Assembly: GCA_041480845.1 (NCBI GenBank)
Contig: JBGPAU010000001.1
Span: 5,382 to 69,381, forward strand
DNA length: 64,000 nt
Direction: 5' to 3'
From: Patescibacteria group bacterium
Lineage (GTDB): Bacteria > Patescibacteriota > Microgenomatia > UBA8517
In this document: positions 19,001 to 27,576 of the stretch, in pieces
How positions within the stretch are numbered: the stretch's first letter is position 1
Layout of the letters: every line of letters starts with the position of its first letter
Notes under the pieces: model-generated
The model's input: only the letters and a program-made list of their open reading frames with translations
What the model was told of the DNA's origin: nothing
The model's database searches: none
Translations under genes and position numbers: made by a program

Positions 19001-19528
19001 TTGATGTTTCAGTCAACCCACAAAATTTTTGAAATAACCTCGACCGAAACTTATTCGGAAATGGTTAGGGTTGCCGGGGTGGTAACCGAAGTAAGAGTAA
19101 TAACAACCCGGAAAACCGGGGCCGAAATGGCTTTTGCCAAGTTCGACGACGGTACGGGAACTTTGGAACTTGTGATATTCCCGAAAGTATTTAAAGCGTC
19201 ACGGGATTTTTGGACAGAAGGACAACCTCTTTTGATAGTAGGCAAGGTAGACAGCCGGGATGAAACCCCTGCAATTCTGGTTGAATCGATAGAAACACTA
19301 TCAAGCTTAGCTCAGGAGAAAGAAAGGGAAGTTTTTGTGAAAATACCTAAAGACACCGACTCAAATTCCCTCAAAAGATTAAAAACTCTTCTTACCCAGA
19401 ATTTGGGTGCCCAGGCGGGGTATTTGGTATTTGAAGGAGGCAAAAAAATAAAATTACCGTTTAAAATTATCTGGAATGAAACTCTGGCCAAGCAAATTAC
19501 TGAAATTCTTGAGAATAAAGAGCATTAA
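16052..19528 (+). CDS. dnaE: DNA polymerase III alpha subunit.
   Basis: N-terminal PHP domain (HLHVHTEYSLLDG), polymerase core, and OB domain. Confidence 0.9.
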   Translation: MSKFVHLHVHTEYSLLDGLSNIKKLLSHVKENGMDSVAITDHGVMYGEIEFYKEAKKQEVKPILGMEGYITQGLLTDRPGRGELHNYHLILLAKDNEGYQNLMKLTSIAHLMGYYYKPRFDRETLQKYSKGLICTSACPLGEVGQAILDNEPAKAKKIVEWYLDVFGKDYFLEIQRHEFGSWVEKAQNQEIKTSLIEMAENEKKWNQGILKLSREMGVPVVATNDAHYIKSVDALAQDILVCVSTGKVVTDIKRMRYIDAQTFYVRSPEEMTGLFSDVPDALENTVKIADKCNVEITLGKWSFPKFPLPEGVTSNDQLKTLARESLKKVIPKPDKETRQRLEHELEIICSKGYAPYFLIVRDLANWTNSRGIITNTRGSAAGSLVSYVLGITTVNPLKYYLPFERFLNPFRPSPPDIDFDVADDRREEIIGYITEKYGREKVAQVCTFGRMLSRAAVRDVARVLGYPYSTGDRIAKIIPPPKQGFPITIPNALEEVLDLRNLYDTDPDTKKVLDLAIQIEGNARHVSVHAAGVVVAPSAITDYSPVQKEPSGEKIITQYEMHACEDVGLIKFDILGIRNLSILGAAVDIVKTRLGINVDLHTIPLDDKKTFEMLAKGETMGVFQFASGGMTKYLTELKPTQIEDLMVMVALYRPGPISQIPEYIRRKHNPKLIKYLDPRMEKFLGKSFGLIVYQDDLLFCALDLAGYTWEEADKFRKAVGKKIPEEMAAQKEKFKKGIVANGQTEEFAEHLWELFEPFQSYGFNKAHAASYGMVAYQTAYMKANYSVEYMTALLTAESDDKDKVTAAINECVRMKIKVLPPDINESEVGFTIVPEQNSLNGKGIRFGLSAIKNVGEAAIGAILSAREGKKFLSFADFLSKVDGRKVNKKVLESLIKVGAMSAFGSRAALLASVDSIREKVTKPKGDDNQQGLFATGEIKKTEAASVITISNVQEFSDDELESLERQLLGFSLSAKPISELIGPLMFQSTHKIFEITSTETYSEMVRVAGVVTEVRVITTRKTGAEMAFAKFDDGTGTLELVIFPKVFKASRDFWTEGQPLLIVGKVDSRDETPAILVESIETLSSLAQEKEREVFVKIPKDTDSNSLKRLKTLLTQNLGAQAGYLVFEGGKKIKLPFKIIWNETLAKQITEILENKEH

Positions 19529-19574
19529 TTGCATCTCTTGAAGCTGGCCGTATTTTTCTGTACAATATCGGGTT

Positions 19575-19982
19575 ATGGCTCTAAAAATTACACTTAAAGA
19601 CGTTGAGTTTGGAGTTGGGGACAGGGTTCGCGTTGTTCAAAAAATTAGCGAAGGTGATGCCTCGTCTGGTTCCGGAAAATCACGTGAGGCTATTTTTGAG
19701 GGAATGGTGATTGGAATTAAAGGCAGGAATCCCGGGAAAACCTTTGTTGTAAGGAGGATTGGGGAGGCAGGAATTGGTATTGAAAGAATCTTTCCGCTTA
19801 ATCTACCAACAATAGATAAAGTCACCGTTGTCAAAAGGGGTATTGAAGGAGTCAAAAGAGCCAAGCTTTACTACACTCGCGAGAAAGCCCCAACCGAGGT
19901 CGAGATGATTTTTAAAAAAGCCGCTGTTAGAATAAAGAGTGGAGAAAAAAGCCCAATCAAGCACGCAAGGAAAACTGGCTGA
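19575..19982 (+). CDS. rplS: 50S ribosomal protein L19, with a Gly/Ser insert and a C-terminal extension.
   Basis: Conserved L19 core (VRVVQKI...FEGMVIGIKGR...TFVVRRI..GIERIFPLN.P.IDKVTVV.RG...RAKLYY). Confidence 0.8.
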   Translation: MALKITLKDVEFGVGDRVRVVQKISEGDASSGSGKSREAIFEGMVIGIKGRNPGKTFVVRRIGEAGIGIERIFPLNLPTIDKVTVVKRGIEGVKRAKLYYTREKAPTEVEMIFKKAAVRIKSGEKSPIKHARKTG

Positions 19983-20301
19983 GGACTTTGCGGTTAAACT
20001 TCTTACCGATGAAGGCTACAGGGTGATTGAAAGAAACTTCAGAAGCAGGTTTGGCGAAATAGACATTATTGCAATCAAAGACGGAACCTTGATTTTTATT
20101 GAAGTTAAGGCCCGATGGAGTACAAAATTCGGTAAACCCGAAGAAGCGGTGACGCCTTCAAAACTCTGGAAAATAGGCCGGACCGGCGAATATTATTCAT
20201 TATTACATCCGGACTTGCCGAAAAAATTGAGAATCGATGTAGTGGCTTTGGAAATTGAAAACGGAAAACTTTCTACTGCCAGAATTATATCGGTTGACTG
20301 A
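19939..20301 (+). CDS. yraN: YraN/UPF0102 family endonuclease-like protein.
   Basis: GExLAxxxLxxxGYxIIERNFR...GEIDIIA...LIFIEVKAR motif. Overlaps the rplS 3' end by 44 bp. Confidence 0.65.
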   Translation: MEKKAQSSTQGKLAEDFAVKLLTDEGYRVIERNFRSRFGEIDIIAIKDGTLIFIEVKARWSTKFGKPEEAVTPSKLWKIGRTGEYYSLLHPDLPKKLRIDVVALEIENGKLSTARIISVD

Positions 20302-20359
20302 AATATTCTTGAAGAATCTTTTTACATGTATTAAAGTTAATTAAAGGGGGTGATTAACA

Positions 20360-20614
20360 ATGATGTATAACAATTGGGGGTTAAATCCTACCAACCTATT
20401 ATTTCCGGGAATTTTGGCCGGATGGCTGGGCGTTTTATTAATTCCCATCGCAATTTGGAGCGTTTTTTGGATGGGATGGGCTCTTTGGAGGGCAGCCAAG
20501 GATGACAACAAAGTCTGGTTTATAATTTTACTATTGGTTCACACAGTGGGAATCTTAGATATTATATATATTTTCCTTGTCTCCAAAAAAACGGGAAGAA
20601 AAGGTAGAAAATAA
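20360..20614 (+). CDS. Small membrane protein (2 TM), hypothetical.
   Basis: 84-aa ORF with two hydrophobic helices. Confidence 0.35.
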   Translation: MMYNNWGLNPTNLLFPGILAGWLGVLLIPIAIWSVFWMGWALWRAAKDDNKVWFIILLLVHTVGILDIIYIFLVSKKTGRKGRK

Positions 20615-20635
20615 GATTTCAATTTTAACCGGAGT

Positions 20636-20670
20636 CGTTGACAATATTGGGTTTGTTGGTAAAATATGCG
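20636..20670 (+). promoter_or_regulatory. Strong sigma70-like promoter upstream of the tRNA pair: TTGACA, 16-nt spacer, TAAAAT.
   Basis: Near-consensus -35 and -10 hexamers about 25 nt upstream of the first tRNA. Confidence 0.45.
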
Positions 20671-20695
20671 TCTGTTCTTTGAATTTTTTGTTTAT

Positions 20696-20769
20696 GGCGC
20701 TGTAGACAAGCCGGGCAAGTCACTCCTGAGCAACAGGAGAGATCCCAGGTTCAAATCCTGGCGGCGCCT
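20696..20769 (+). tRNA. tRNA-like gene with an atypical anticodon arm (CUCCU-GAGCAAC-AGGAG). Positional anticodon GCA suggests Cys, but positions 32-33 are G-A rather than Y-U.
   Basis: Good acceptor stem (GGCGCUG/CGGCGCC), D-arm with GG, and T-arm CCAGG-UUCAAAU-CCUGG. The anticodon loop is non-canonical. Confidence 0.45.
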
Positions 20770-20805
20770 TTGTTCTTTTACTTTTCGTATGCGGGTGTAG
20801 CTTAT

Positions 20806-20880
20806 AGGCTGGTGGCTCAGTCCGGTTAGAGCGCCGCAGTTTAAATGCGGAGGTCGGAGGTTCAAGTCCTTCCCAGCCTA
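20806..20880 (+). tRNA. Class I tRNA with anticodon UUA (ochre-suppressor-like; derived from tRNA-Lys or similar).
   Basis: Acceptor AGGCUGG/CCAGCCU, D-arm GCUCAGUCCGGUUAGAGC, anticodon arm CCGCA-GUUUAAA-UGCGG (positions 34-36 = UUA), 5-nt variable loop, T-arm GGAGG-UUCAAGU-CCUUC. Confidence 0.5.
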
Positions 20881-20881
20881 T

Positions 20882-21040
20882 TAGGGTGTCGTGAACTAAT
20901 CTAGGGTTATTAACCCATGTTTGCTTTCGAGCACTCAGTTCTACGACACCCGACTAAAATTCCGGGCAGGTTACTGTCTATTTCAATTAACATTTTGAAA
21001 AGATAAGTACCTGCCCGTTTCATTTAACTCAATTGTTATA
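20882..21040 (+). ncRNA. Structured region after the tRNA pair: two nested long-range hairpins (GGGUGUCGUGAACU...AGUUCUACGACACCC with inner GGGUUAUUAACCC, then CGGGCAGGU...ACCUGCCCG). Function unknown; terminator or small RNA.
   Basis: Inverted repeats read directly from the sequence. Confidence 0.3.
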
Positions 21041-21051
21041 TAATTGGCTAA

Positions 21052-21561
21052 ATGCTTATTCTAGGAATTGACCCCGGAACAGCTACAACCGGATACGGTC
21101 TTGTTAATTTAAATGGAAAAGGTAATGAGGTTGTTACCTGGGGGCTTATTGAAACGGATAAGAAACTTCTTAAGGAAACCCGACTTGACTTCATATTTGA
21201 GGAAACTCTCCGTCTTATTAATAAACATAAACCGGATGTTTTTGTTTTTGAAAAGATCTTTTTTGCTACAAACGCCAAAACCGTAATTGCGGTTGGACAA
21301 GCTCAGGGGGTAATGCTTCTTGCGGCTTCCAAGGCAAAAGTTAAAGTTGAAGAATACGCGCCGGGAACGATTAAAAAGATGATAACCGGTAGCGGCCGTG
21401 CAAACAAAAAAGATGTACAAGTGGCAATCAGGAAAATTTTGGGCAGCCGTGTTAAAAGCGAAGTTCATAAAAAGACCCATTTTGATAATGCGGCTGACGC
21501 GCTTGCGGTTGCGTTGACACACGCGTTTAAAATAGGGGAGGGGGTGAAAGAAATTGTTTAA
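21052..21561 (+). CDS. ruvC: Crossover junction endodeoxyribonuclease RuvC.
   Basis: ILGIDPGTATTGYGL start and RNase-H-like catalytic residues (D7, E66, H/D at C-terminus). Confidence 0.85.
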   Translation: MLILGIDPGTATTGYGLVNLNGKGNEVVTWGLIETDKKLLKETRLDFIFEETLRLINKHKPDVFVFEKIFFATNAKTVIAVGQAQGVMLLAASKAKVKVEEYAPGTIKKMITGSGRANKKDVQVAIRKILGSRVKSEVHKKTHFDNAADALAVALTHAFKIGEGVKEIV

Positions 21562-21799
21562 GGTCGGAAAAGTTTCTCATTATTATGATAAGTTGAGCGT
21601 TGCCATAATTGATTTGGATGGAACCCTGAGTGTTGGCGACAAGGTTAAGTTTACCCGTGGTGGTGAGGACCTGTTTGAACAAAAAGTTGAATCTATTCAA
21701 ATCGAACACGAAAAGAAGGATTCCGCTGGTAAAGGAGATGTGGTAGGATTGAAGACTAATGAGGCGGTTAAGGAAGGGACGGAAGTATTCAAAATTTGA
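21554..21799 (+). CDS. Small beta-barrel protein, EF-Tu domain-2-like/TRAM-like (hypothetical).
   Basis: 81-aa ORF with alternating beta pattern and a GDVVGL motif. Confidence 0.3.
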   Translation: MFKVGKVSHYYDKLSVAIIDLDGTLSVGDKVKFTRGGEDLFEQKVESIQIEHEKKDSAGKGDVVGLKTNEAVKEGTEVFKI

Positions 21800-22193
21800 T
21801 TGGCAGGAAGCGCCTGATATAAAAGCCCGCGTTCTTCGTTTGATGGAGAGTCTTCGTCTTGATTATGTTTTGGGAGAAAGATTGTTTTTCTATAGGTCTG
21901 TTGGATCAAAATCCCACGCGTATGCCAGAACCTGGGGACTTCCCGCTCTTTGGCAAAACGCATTAAAAGTTGAACCTGCATATATTATTGAGGTGATCTC
22001 GCATTATTTTGATAAATTGTCCACTAAAGATCAGGATAAGGTGCTTCTCCACGAGATAGGGCACATTCCCAAAAATTTCTCCGGAGCTCTCCTGCCGCAT
22101 ACTAGACACGGCAAAGGAAGTTTCCGTGGTAAAGTTGACGAGTTAATACAAAGATACTTTGAAAATGCTAAGAAGGTAAAGACACGGTCTTGA
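21759..22193 (+). CDS. Putative zinc metallopeptidase (SprT/DUF45-like, HExxH).
   Basis: LLHEIGHI motif. True start may be the internal M at 21843 (MESLRL), which would remove the overlap with the upstream ORF. Confidence 0.4.
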   Translation: MRRLRKGRKYSKFDWQEAPDIKARVLRLMESLRLDYVLGERLFFYRSVGSKSHAYARTWGLPALWQNALKVEPAYIIEVISHYFDKLSTKDQDKVLLHEIGHIPKNFSGALLPHTRHGKGSFRGKVDELIQRYFENAKKVKTRS

Positions 22194-22209
22194 CGTTGGC
22201 CGCATAATT

Positions 22210-22884
22210 ATGAAAATTATTGCTTTACATGGAGATGACGAGAGGAAATTATACGAGAGGCTTTCTAAATTTATTGAAACTGCCAAGGGTCGAAGTTGGG
22301 AAGTAGCTTATCTAGACGATGCGGCCGTCTCTATTCAGGAGCAATTAAGTTCTTCATCGCTTTTTGGAAGCGAAAGATTTTTTGTTGTTAGAGATATCAC
22401 CAGACTTGGGAAGAAAGAACTTGGCTGGATTAATAGAAAATCCGGTGACCTGTCGGGAAATTTAATTATCTATCATGAAGGTTATATTTCTCAGACAATT
22501 TTAAAATCTCTACCGAAAGAAACCAAAATCGAGGAGTTTAAATTGCCCGTGGTTCTTTGGAGTTTTTTGGATAATTTATATCCGGGAAATTCTGGAAAGA
22601 GTATTGTACAGTTTCATCAGCTAATCGAGAAAGAAGCACCTGAGTTTATTTTTACACTTATTGCGAAACTATTCAGGGATTTGTATTGGGCTAAAGTTGA
22701 CTCCTTGACTCTCCCCTACCCAAATTGGAGAGTAGGGAAGTTGAAGGCGCAAGCATCAAAATTTACTATCGATCAATTGAAATATTTAATTGGAAAACTG
22801 GCAGAAATTGACATAAAAGTCAAAACTTCTAAGTCAGACTTGGTTTCCGAACTTGACCTCCTCATAATTAAACAATTAGAATGA
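22210..22884 (+). CDS. holA: DNA polymerase III delta subunit-like (HolA, short).
   Basis: N-terminal clamp-loader delta-like pattern (ALHGDDE...LFGSERFFVV) and a C-terminal helical domain. Confidence 0.45.
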   Translation: MKIIALHGDDERKLYERLSKFIETAKGRSWEVAYLDDAAVSIQEQLSSSSLFGSERFFVVRDITRLGKKELGWINRKSGDLSGNLIIYHEGYISQTILKSLPKETKIEEFKLPVVLWSFLDNLYPGNSGKSIVQFHQLIEKEAPEFIFTLIAKLFRDLYWAKVDSLTLPYPNWRVGKLKAQASKFTIDQLKYLIGKLAEIDIKVKTSKSDLVSELDLLIIKQLE

Positions 22885-22894
22885 TTCAATAGGA

Positions 22895-24250
22895 ATGACA
22901 ATCGATCCTTCAGTTTTCAAAGCATATGACATAAGAGGAATTTACCCTGATAATATAACTCCGGGCCTTGCCTATAAAATTGGTCAGGCATACGCAGAAT
23001 TTATAAAGCCCAAAGGAGAAGTGGTTGTGGGTAATGACGTCCGGCTTCATTCGGAAGAGTTAAAGAAAAAGGTGGCGGAGGGACTTATGGATTCAGGGAT
23101 TGACGTTGTTGACATCGGCTTAATCTCAACAGATATGTATTATTTTGCTGTCGGCAAATATGGTTTTGCCGGAGGCATCCAATCCTCAGCTTCTCATAAC
23201 CCTCCCGAATTTCACGGATTCAAAATGATAAGGGAAAAGGTAATTCCTTTAACGTTTGAAGACGGAATTTCACAGATACGTGATCTTATAAAAAAGGATT
23301 CTTTTGTAAAATCTAAAACCAGAGGAAAAATTCGAACTCTTAATATCGACAACGATTACGTAGATTATATATTAAGTTGGCTTAAGGTCGAGAAAATCAA
23401 ACCCTTTAAAGTTGTTATAAACCCCAATTTCGGCTACGCGGGTGTGATGTTTAGGAAAATTGTAGAACGGGGGAAACTTCCGATCGAAATAATCGGACTT
23501 AATGATAAACCGGACGGAACTTTTCCGAAAGGCAGACCCGATCCTTTTATACCCGAAAACAGAGTTGAAATATCTGAACTTGTAAAATCGACCGGAAGCG
23601 ATCTTGGAATCGCCTGGGATGCGGATGCCGACCGCGTTTTTTTCTGTGCGGACGGAGGGCTGTTTGCGGAACCATATTATTTAAACACGGTTTTAATCAA
23701 ACAAATGCTGAAAAAATACCCCAAAGAAAAGATTATTTACGATCCGCGCTACACCTGGGCTTTAATTGACGCCATAAAAGAAAACGGAGGCACTCCGGTT
23801 ATTTGTAAAGTCGGTCATTCGTATATAAAAGAGAAAATGCGCGAAGTGAACGCGCTTTATGCAACAGAAAGCAGCGGTCATGCATATTTTAGGGATTTTT
23901 GGTACGCGGATAATGGAATGATTCCCGTGATGCAAATACTTGAGTTTTTGACTGAAAATGACGTCAAACTTTCTGATGTAATAACGCCCGTAATGAATAA
24001 ATATTTTATCTCGGGAGAGATTAATACCGACGTTGCCGATAAGGTTGGTAAAATGGAAGAGATTGCCAAGAAATATTCGGGTGGAGCCATTTCCCGGTTA
24101 GATGGCGTGGCTGTAGAATATGAAAATTACCGGTTTGTAGTAAGGCCTTCCAATACCGAATCTCTTTTGCGTCTGACGCTTGAAGCGAAATCGAAGAAAT
24201 TAATGGAGGAGAAAAGAGATGAAGTTTTAAGTATAATTAGAACTAAATGA
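22895..24250 (+). CDS. Phosphoglucomutase/phosphomannomutase.
   Basis: Active-site Ser loop (SASHNPPEFHGFK) and metal-binding loop (DADADR). Confidence 0.85.
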   Translation: MTIDPSVFKAYDIRGIYPDNITPGLAYKIGQAYAEFIKPKGEVVVGNDVRLHSEELKKKVAEGLMDSGIDVVDIGLISTDMYYFAVGKYGFAGGIQSSASHNPPEFHGFKMIREKVIPLTFEDGISQIRDLIKKDSFVKSKTRGKIRTLNIDNDYVDYILSWLKVEKIKPFKVVINPNFGYAGVMFRKIVERGKLPIEIIGLNDKPDGTFPKGRPDPFIPENRVEISELVKSTGSDLGIAWDADADRVFFCADGGLFAEPYYLNTVLIKQMLKKYPKEKIIYDPRYTWALIDAIKENGGTPVICKVGHSYIKEKMREVNALYATESSGHAYFRDFWYADNGMIPVMQILEFLTENDVKLSDVITPVMNKYFISGEINTDVADKVGKMEEIAKKYSGGAISRLDGVAVEYENYRFVVRPSNTESLLRLTLEAKSKKLMEEKRDEVLSIIRTK

Positions 24251-25260
24251 AAGATACTCTTGGAATTGAAAAAGCATTGACACTTTTTCCTGATCAGCTT
24301 AGGGAGGCGTGGGGTCAGGCATATGCCGTGAATCTGCCTCAGTTTGCTTCGAAAAAAGTTGTAATTAGTGGGATGGGAGGGTCTTCTCTTGCCGGAAGAA
24401 TTCTTGCAGGAATTTTTGAAGGAGAATCAGATACGGAAATTGTAGTTTATAACGATTACGGTTTGCCAGCGTTTATTGATAAAGGTTGGGTCTTAATTGC
24501 CAACAGCTATTCAGGCAACACGGAAGAAACATTGTCGGGAATTAAGGCCGGTAAAGAATTGGGAATGCAGATTGTCGGAATTGCCACAGGAGGCAAAATC
24601 GGTGAAATGATAGGTAGCGGAGAAATTCCGGGTGTAATTTTAACTCCATTAACCAATCCTTCAAATTATCCTAAATCGGCCTTGGGCGTTTCTCTTGGGG
24701 GCTTGGCTGGCCTTATGGCAAAAATGGGACTGATTAATCTTACAGCGGAACAGTTTAATCAATCAGTCGATGAACTGATAGAAATTCGTAAAAGTTGGGA
24801 CGCAAAGTCAGTTGCCTCAAACTTTACCTCAACAATCCCTGTTTTGATCGGAGCCAGGCCGCTTTTGGGGTCGGTTCATGCAGGGCGAAATGTCATCAAC
24901 GAAATTGGCCGAACTTTCGCGGTTTATTTTGATCTGCCCGAACTTGATCATCATTTAGTGGAAGCAACGGGGTATCCTAAAAATCTTTTTCAAAATCTTT
25001 ATTATCTATTTTTGGAAAGCGATTTATATAATGAAAGAGTCAAAACCAGAATTAATGTAACCAAAGAGCTTTTTGATACGCAAAAACTGAAATACGAAGA
25101 ATTTAAACTTCAGGGAAAAACAAAGCTAACTCAAGCTTTGGAAATTCCTCATTTTTGCGCTTGGGTCGCTTTAAATCTTTCGTTTTTAAACGGTGAAGAC
25201 CCCGGCCCTGAGCCCTGGATCATAAAACTTAAAGAAAAATTATCGCAACCCCTGCACTAA
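24247..25260 (+). CDS. Bifunctional phosphoglucose/phosphomannose isomerase (SIS domain, archaeal-type PGI/PMI).
   Basis: SIS-domain motifs (VISGMGGSSLAGRIL, ANSYSGNTEE). Adjacent to the PGM gene. Confidence 0.65.
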   Translation: MKDTLGIEKALTLFPDQLREAWGQAYAVNLPQFASKKVVISGMGGSSLAGRILAGIFEGESDTEIVVYNDYGLPAFIDKGWVLIANSYSGNTEETLSGIKAGKELGMQIVGIATGGKIGEMIGSGEIPGVILTPLTNPSNYPKSALGVSLGGLAGLMAKMGLINLTAEQFNQSVDELIEIRKSWDAKSVASNFTSTIPVLIGARPLLGSVHAGRNVINEIGRTFAVYFDLPELDHHLVEATGYPKNLFQNLYYLFLESDLYNERVKTRINVTKELFDTQKLKYEEFKLQGKTKLTQALEIPHFCAWVALNLSFLNGEDPGPEPWIIKLKEKLSQPLH

Positions 25261-25302
25261 CCCCCTTTACCTTTTAGCTTTTACCTTTTAACATGTATTA
25301 GT

Positions 25303-27576
25303 ATGTCTGCCCAACCGATTATTGCTTTCTTCAAGGATATTGACAAAAACGATACTCCTCTTGTAGGCGGTAAATGTGCAAATTTGGGTGAAATGACGCA
25401 TGCAGGTTTTCCCGTTCCTCCCGGTTTTGCAATTACCATAAAGGCATATGACCTTTTTTTAAAAGAGAACGGTATCGTTAAGAAAATTTACGATATTTTA
25501 TCTTCAGTTGATGCCAACGATCCTGCCCAGTTAAACAGTGCTTCTGTAAGAATTGAAAAAATGATTATGAGCGGCAAAATACCCGATGAAGTCGTTCAGG
25601 ATGTGATTTTATCTTACAAAAAACTTTCGGGCCGTCTAAAAAAGGCGGTTGTCGCGGTCCGTACTTCCGCCACAGCCGAGGATCTTGCACAAAGCTCATT
25701 TGCCGGAATGGGGACTACAGTTTTAAATGTTAAGGGAGAAGCAAATCTTCTCAATGCGGTCCGCGCCTGCTGGGCGTCACTTTTTACCGGCAGGTCTATT
25801 TATTACCGTGTCGAAAACAAAATTCCTCACGAAAAAGTGAAGATTTCTGTGGCAGTACAAAAAATGGTAGATTCGGAGGTTTCCGGTGTGATGTTCTCTA
25901 TTGATCCGGTCAGAGGCGATAAGGATAGAATTGTCATTCAATCGGTTTGGGGTTTGGGTGAAATGATTGTCCAGGGTTCGGTGCTTCCTGATACATACGT
26001 AGTGCAAAAGGACACATTTGCCATTCTTTCGAAGGAGATTTCCGATCAGTCGGTACAATTACTTAAATTTAAAGGAGAGACTAAAGAATTTGAAGTTCCT
26101 AAAAAGATTCGGCAAAACCAAAAGATAACCGATGAAGAAATAATAACTTTAGCTAAATATTCGGATAAACTCCAAAGACACTATTATTTCCCCCAAGATA
26201 CTGAGTGGGCAAAGGAAAAAGGAAAACTGTATATAGTCCAGACGAGGCCTGTCACGGGAACGGCGTTGACCGAAAAAGAAAGAGTCAAGATTGGTAAAGA
26301 CGATATCAAAATTGCGACGGTACCGGTTCTTACGGGAAGCCCTGCTTCTCCGGGAATCGGGACAGGCCCGGTCAAGATTTTAAAAAGTCCTAAGGAAATC
26401 GAAAAAGTCAGAAAGGGTGACGTTCTGGTTGCGCCAATGACCTCACCGGACTATGTTCCTGCGATGAAAAAGTCCGCAGCTATTATTACCGATGAAGGAG
26501 GGCAAACTTCTCACGCGGCTATTGTTTCTAGGGAGCTCGGAATTCCTTGCGTTGTCGGAACCAAGGATGCAACCCAAAAATTAAAAGATGGCCAGATCGT
26601 GACTGTTAACGGTGAAGAGGGACAAATTTTTATGGGGGCAAATGTTAAAGAAGTAAAAAATCAAAAGTTAGAAAGCAAAAGTGAACAAAAATTTAAAAAT
26701 ATTAAAACAGCAACAAAGCTTTATGTGAATTTAGCAGAACCGGAAAGGGCTAAAGAGATTGCAAAAAGAAATGTTGACGGAGTGGGACTACTTAGAGCCG
26801 AATTTATAATTGCCGATATTGGAATTCATCCAAAAGAGGCGATAAAAAGAAAAGTGCAGGGGAAATTTGTGGAAAAACTTGCTCACGACCTGGAAACTTT
26901 CTGTAAAGCATTTTATCCTAGACCGGTTACCTACCGGGCTACGGATTTTAAAACTAATGAGTATAGAAGTTTACTTGGCGGAAAATACTGGGAGCCGGTT
27001 GAACCCAATCCCATGCTTGGGTTTAGAGGAGCTTTTAGATATGTCTCAAATCCGGAAGTTTTTAACTTGGAACTTCAGGCGATTAAAACGGTTCGCGAAA
27101 AGTATGATAACTTGTACCTGATGATTCCTTTTGTCAGATCTCCCGATGAATTGGCAAGAGTTAGAAGACTTGTCGCAACCGAGGGACTTTTTGAAAAAGC
27201 GTCCTTTAAATTTTTAATGATGGTTGAAATTCCCGTTAATGTAATTCAAATTGAAGATTTTATCAAAGTAGGGATTGATGGGGTTTCTATCGGCAGTAAC
27301 GATTTAACCATGCTTATCGAAGGGACCGACAGAGACAATTCGGAAGTTGCACGGGAATTTAGTGAAAGAACTCCTGCTGTTTTATGGGCGCTACGGCGTG
27401 TTATAAGAAAGTGCTCGGCGGCAGGGGTCACTAGTTCGATTTGCGGGCAAGCCCCAAGTGAATATGAAGATTTGGTCAAAAAACTGGTAAGATGGGGTAT
27501 AACGAGTATTTCAATTAATCCCGATTCAATTGACAGGGTGCGCGGTGTAATAGCGGAAGCTGAGAGAGATATATGA
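25303..27576 (+). CDS. ppsA: Phosphoenolpyruvate synthase (PEP-utilising enzyme; pyruvate, water dikinase).
   Basis: ATP-grasp N-terminal domain, phospho-His domain (GGQTSHAAIVSRELGIPCVVG), and C-terminal PEP-binding TIM-barrel motifs. Confidence 0.85.
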   Translation: MSAQPIIAFFKDIDKNDTPLVGGKCANLGEMTHAGFPVPPGFAITIKAYDLFLKENGIVKKIYDILSSVDANDPAQLNSASVRIEKMIMSGKIPDEVVQDVILSYKKLSGRLKKAVVAVRTSATAEDLAQSSFAGMGTTVLNVKGEANLLNAVRACWASLFTGRSIYYRVENKIPHEKVKISVAVQKMVDSEVSGVMFSIDPVRGDKDRIVIQSVWGLGEMIVQGSVLPDTYVVQKDTFAILSKEISDQSVQLLKFKGETKEFEVPKKIRQNQKITDEEIITLAKYSDKLQRHYYFPQDTEWAKEKGKLYIVQTRPVTGTALTEKERVKIGKDDIKIATVPVLTGSPASPGIGTGPVKILKSPKEIEKVRKGDVLVAPMTSPDYVPAMKKSAAIITDEGGQTSHAAIVSRELGIPCVVGTKDATQKLKDGQIVTVNGEEGQIFMGANVKEVKNQKLESKSEQKFKNIKTATKLYVNLAEPERAKEIAKRNVDGVGLLRAEFIIADIGIHPKEAIKRKVQGKFVEKLAHDLETFCKAFYPRPVTYRATDFKTNEYRSLLGGKYWEPVEPNPMLGFRGAFRYVSNPEVFNLELQAIKTVREKYDNLYLMIPFVRSPDELARVRRLVATEGLFEKASFKFLMMVEIPVNVIQIEDFIKVGIDGVSIGSNDLTMLIEGTDRDNSEVAREFSERTPAVLWALRRVIRKCSAAGVTSSICGQAPSEYEDLVKKLVRWGITSISINPDSIDRVRGVIAEAERDI

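Noticed and set aside
20296-20332. AT-rich palindrome ATTCTTGAAGAAT followed by a T-run after yraN, considered as a terminator.
   Set aside because: The stem is only 5 bp with a 3-nt loop and is AU-rich. It is too weak to call.
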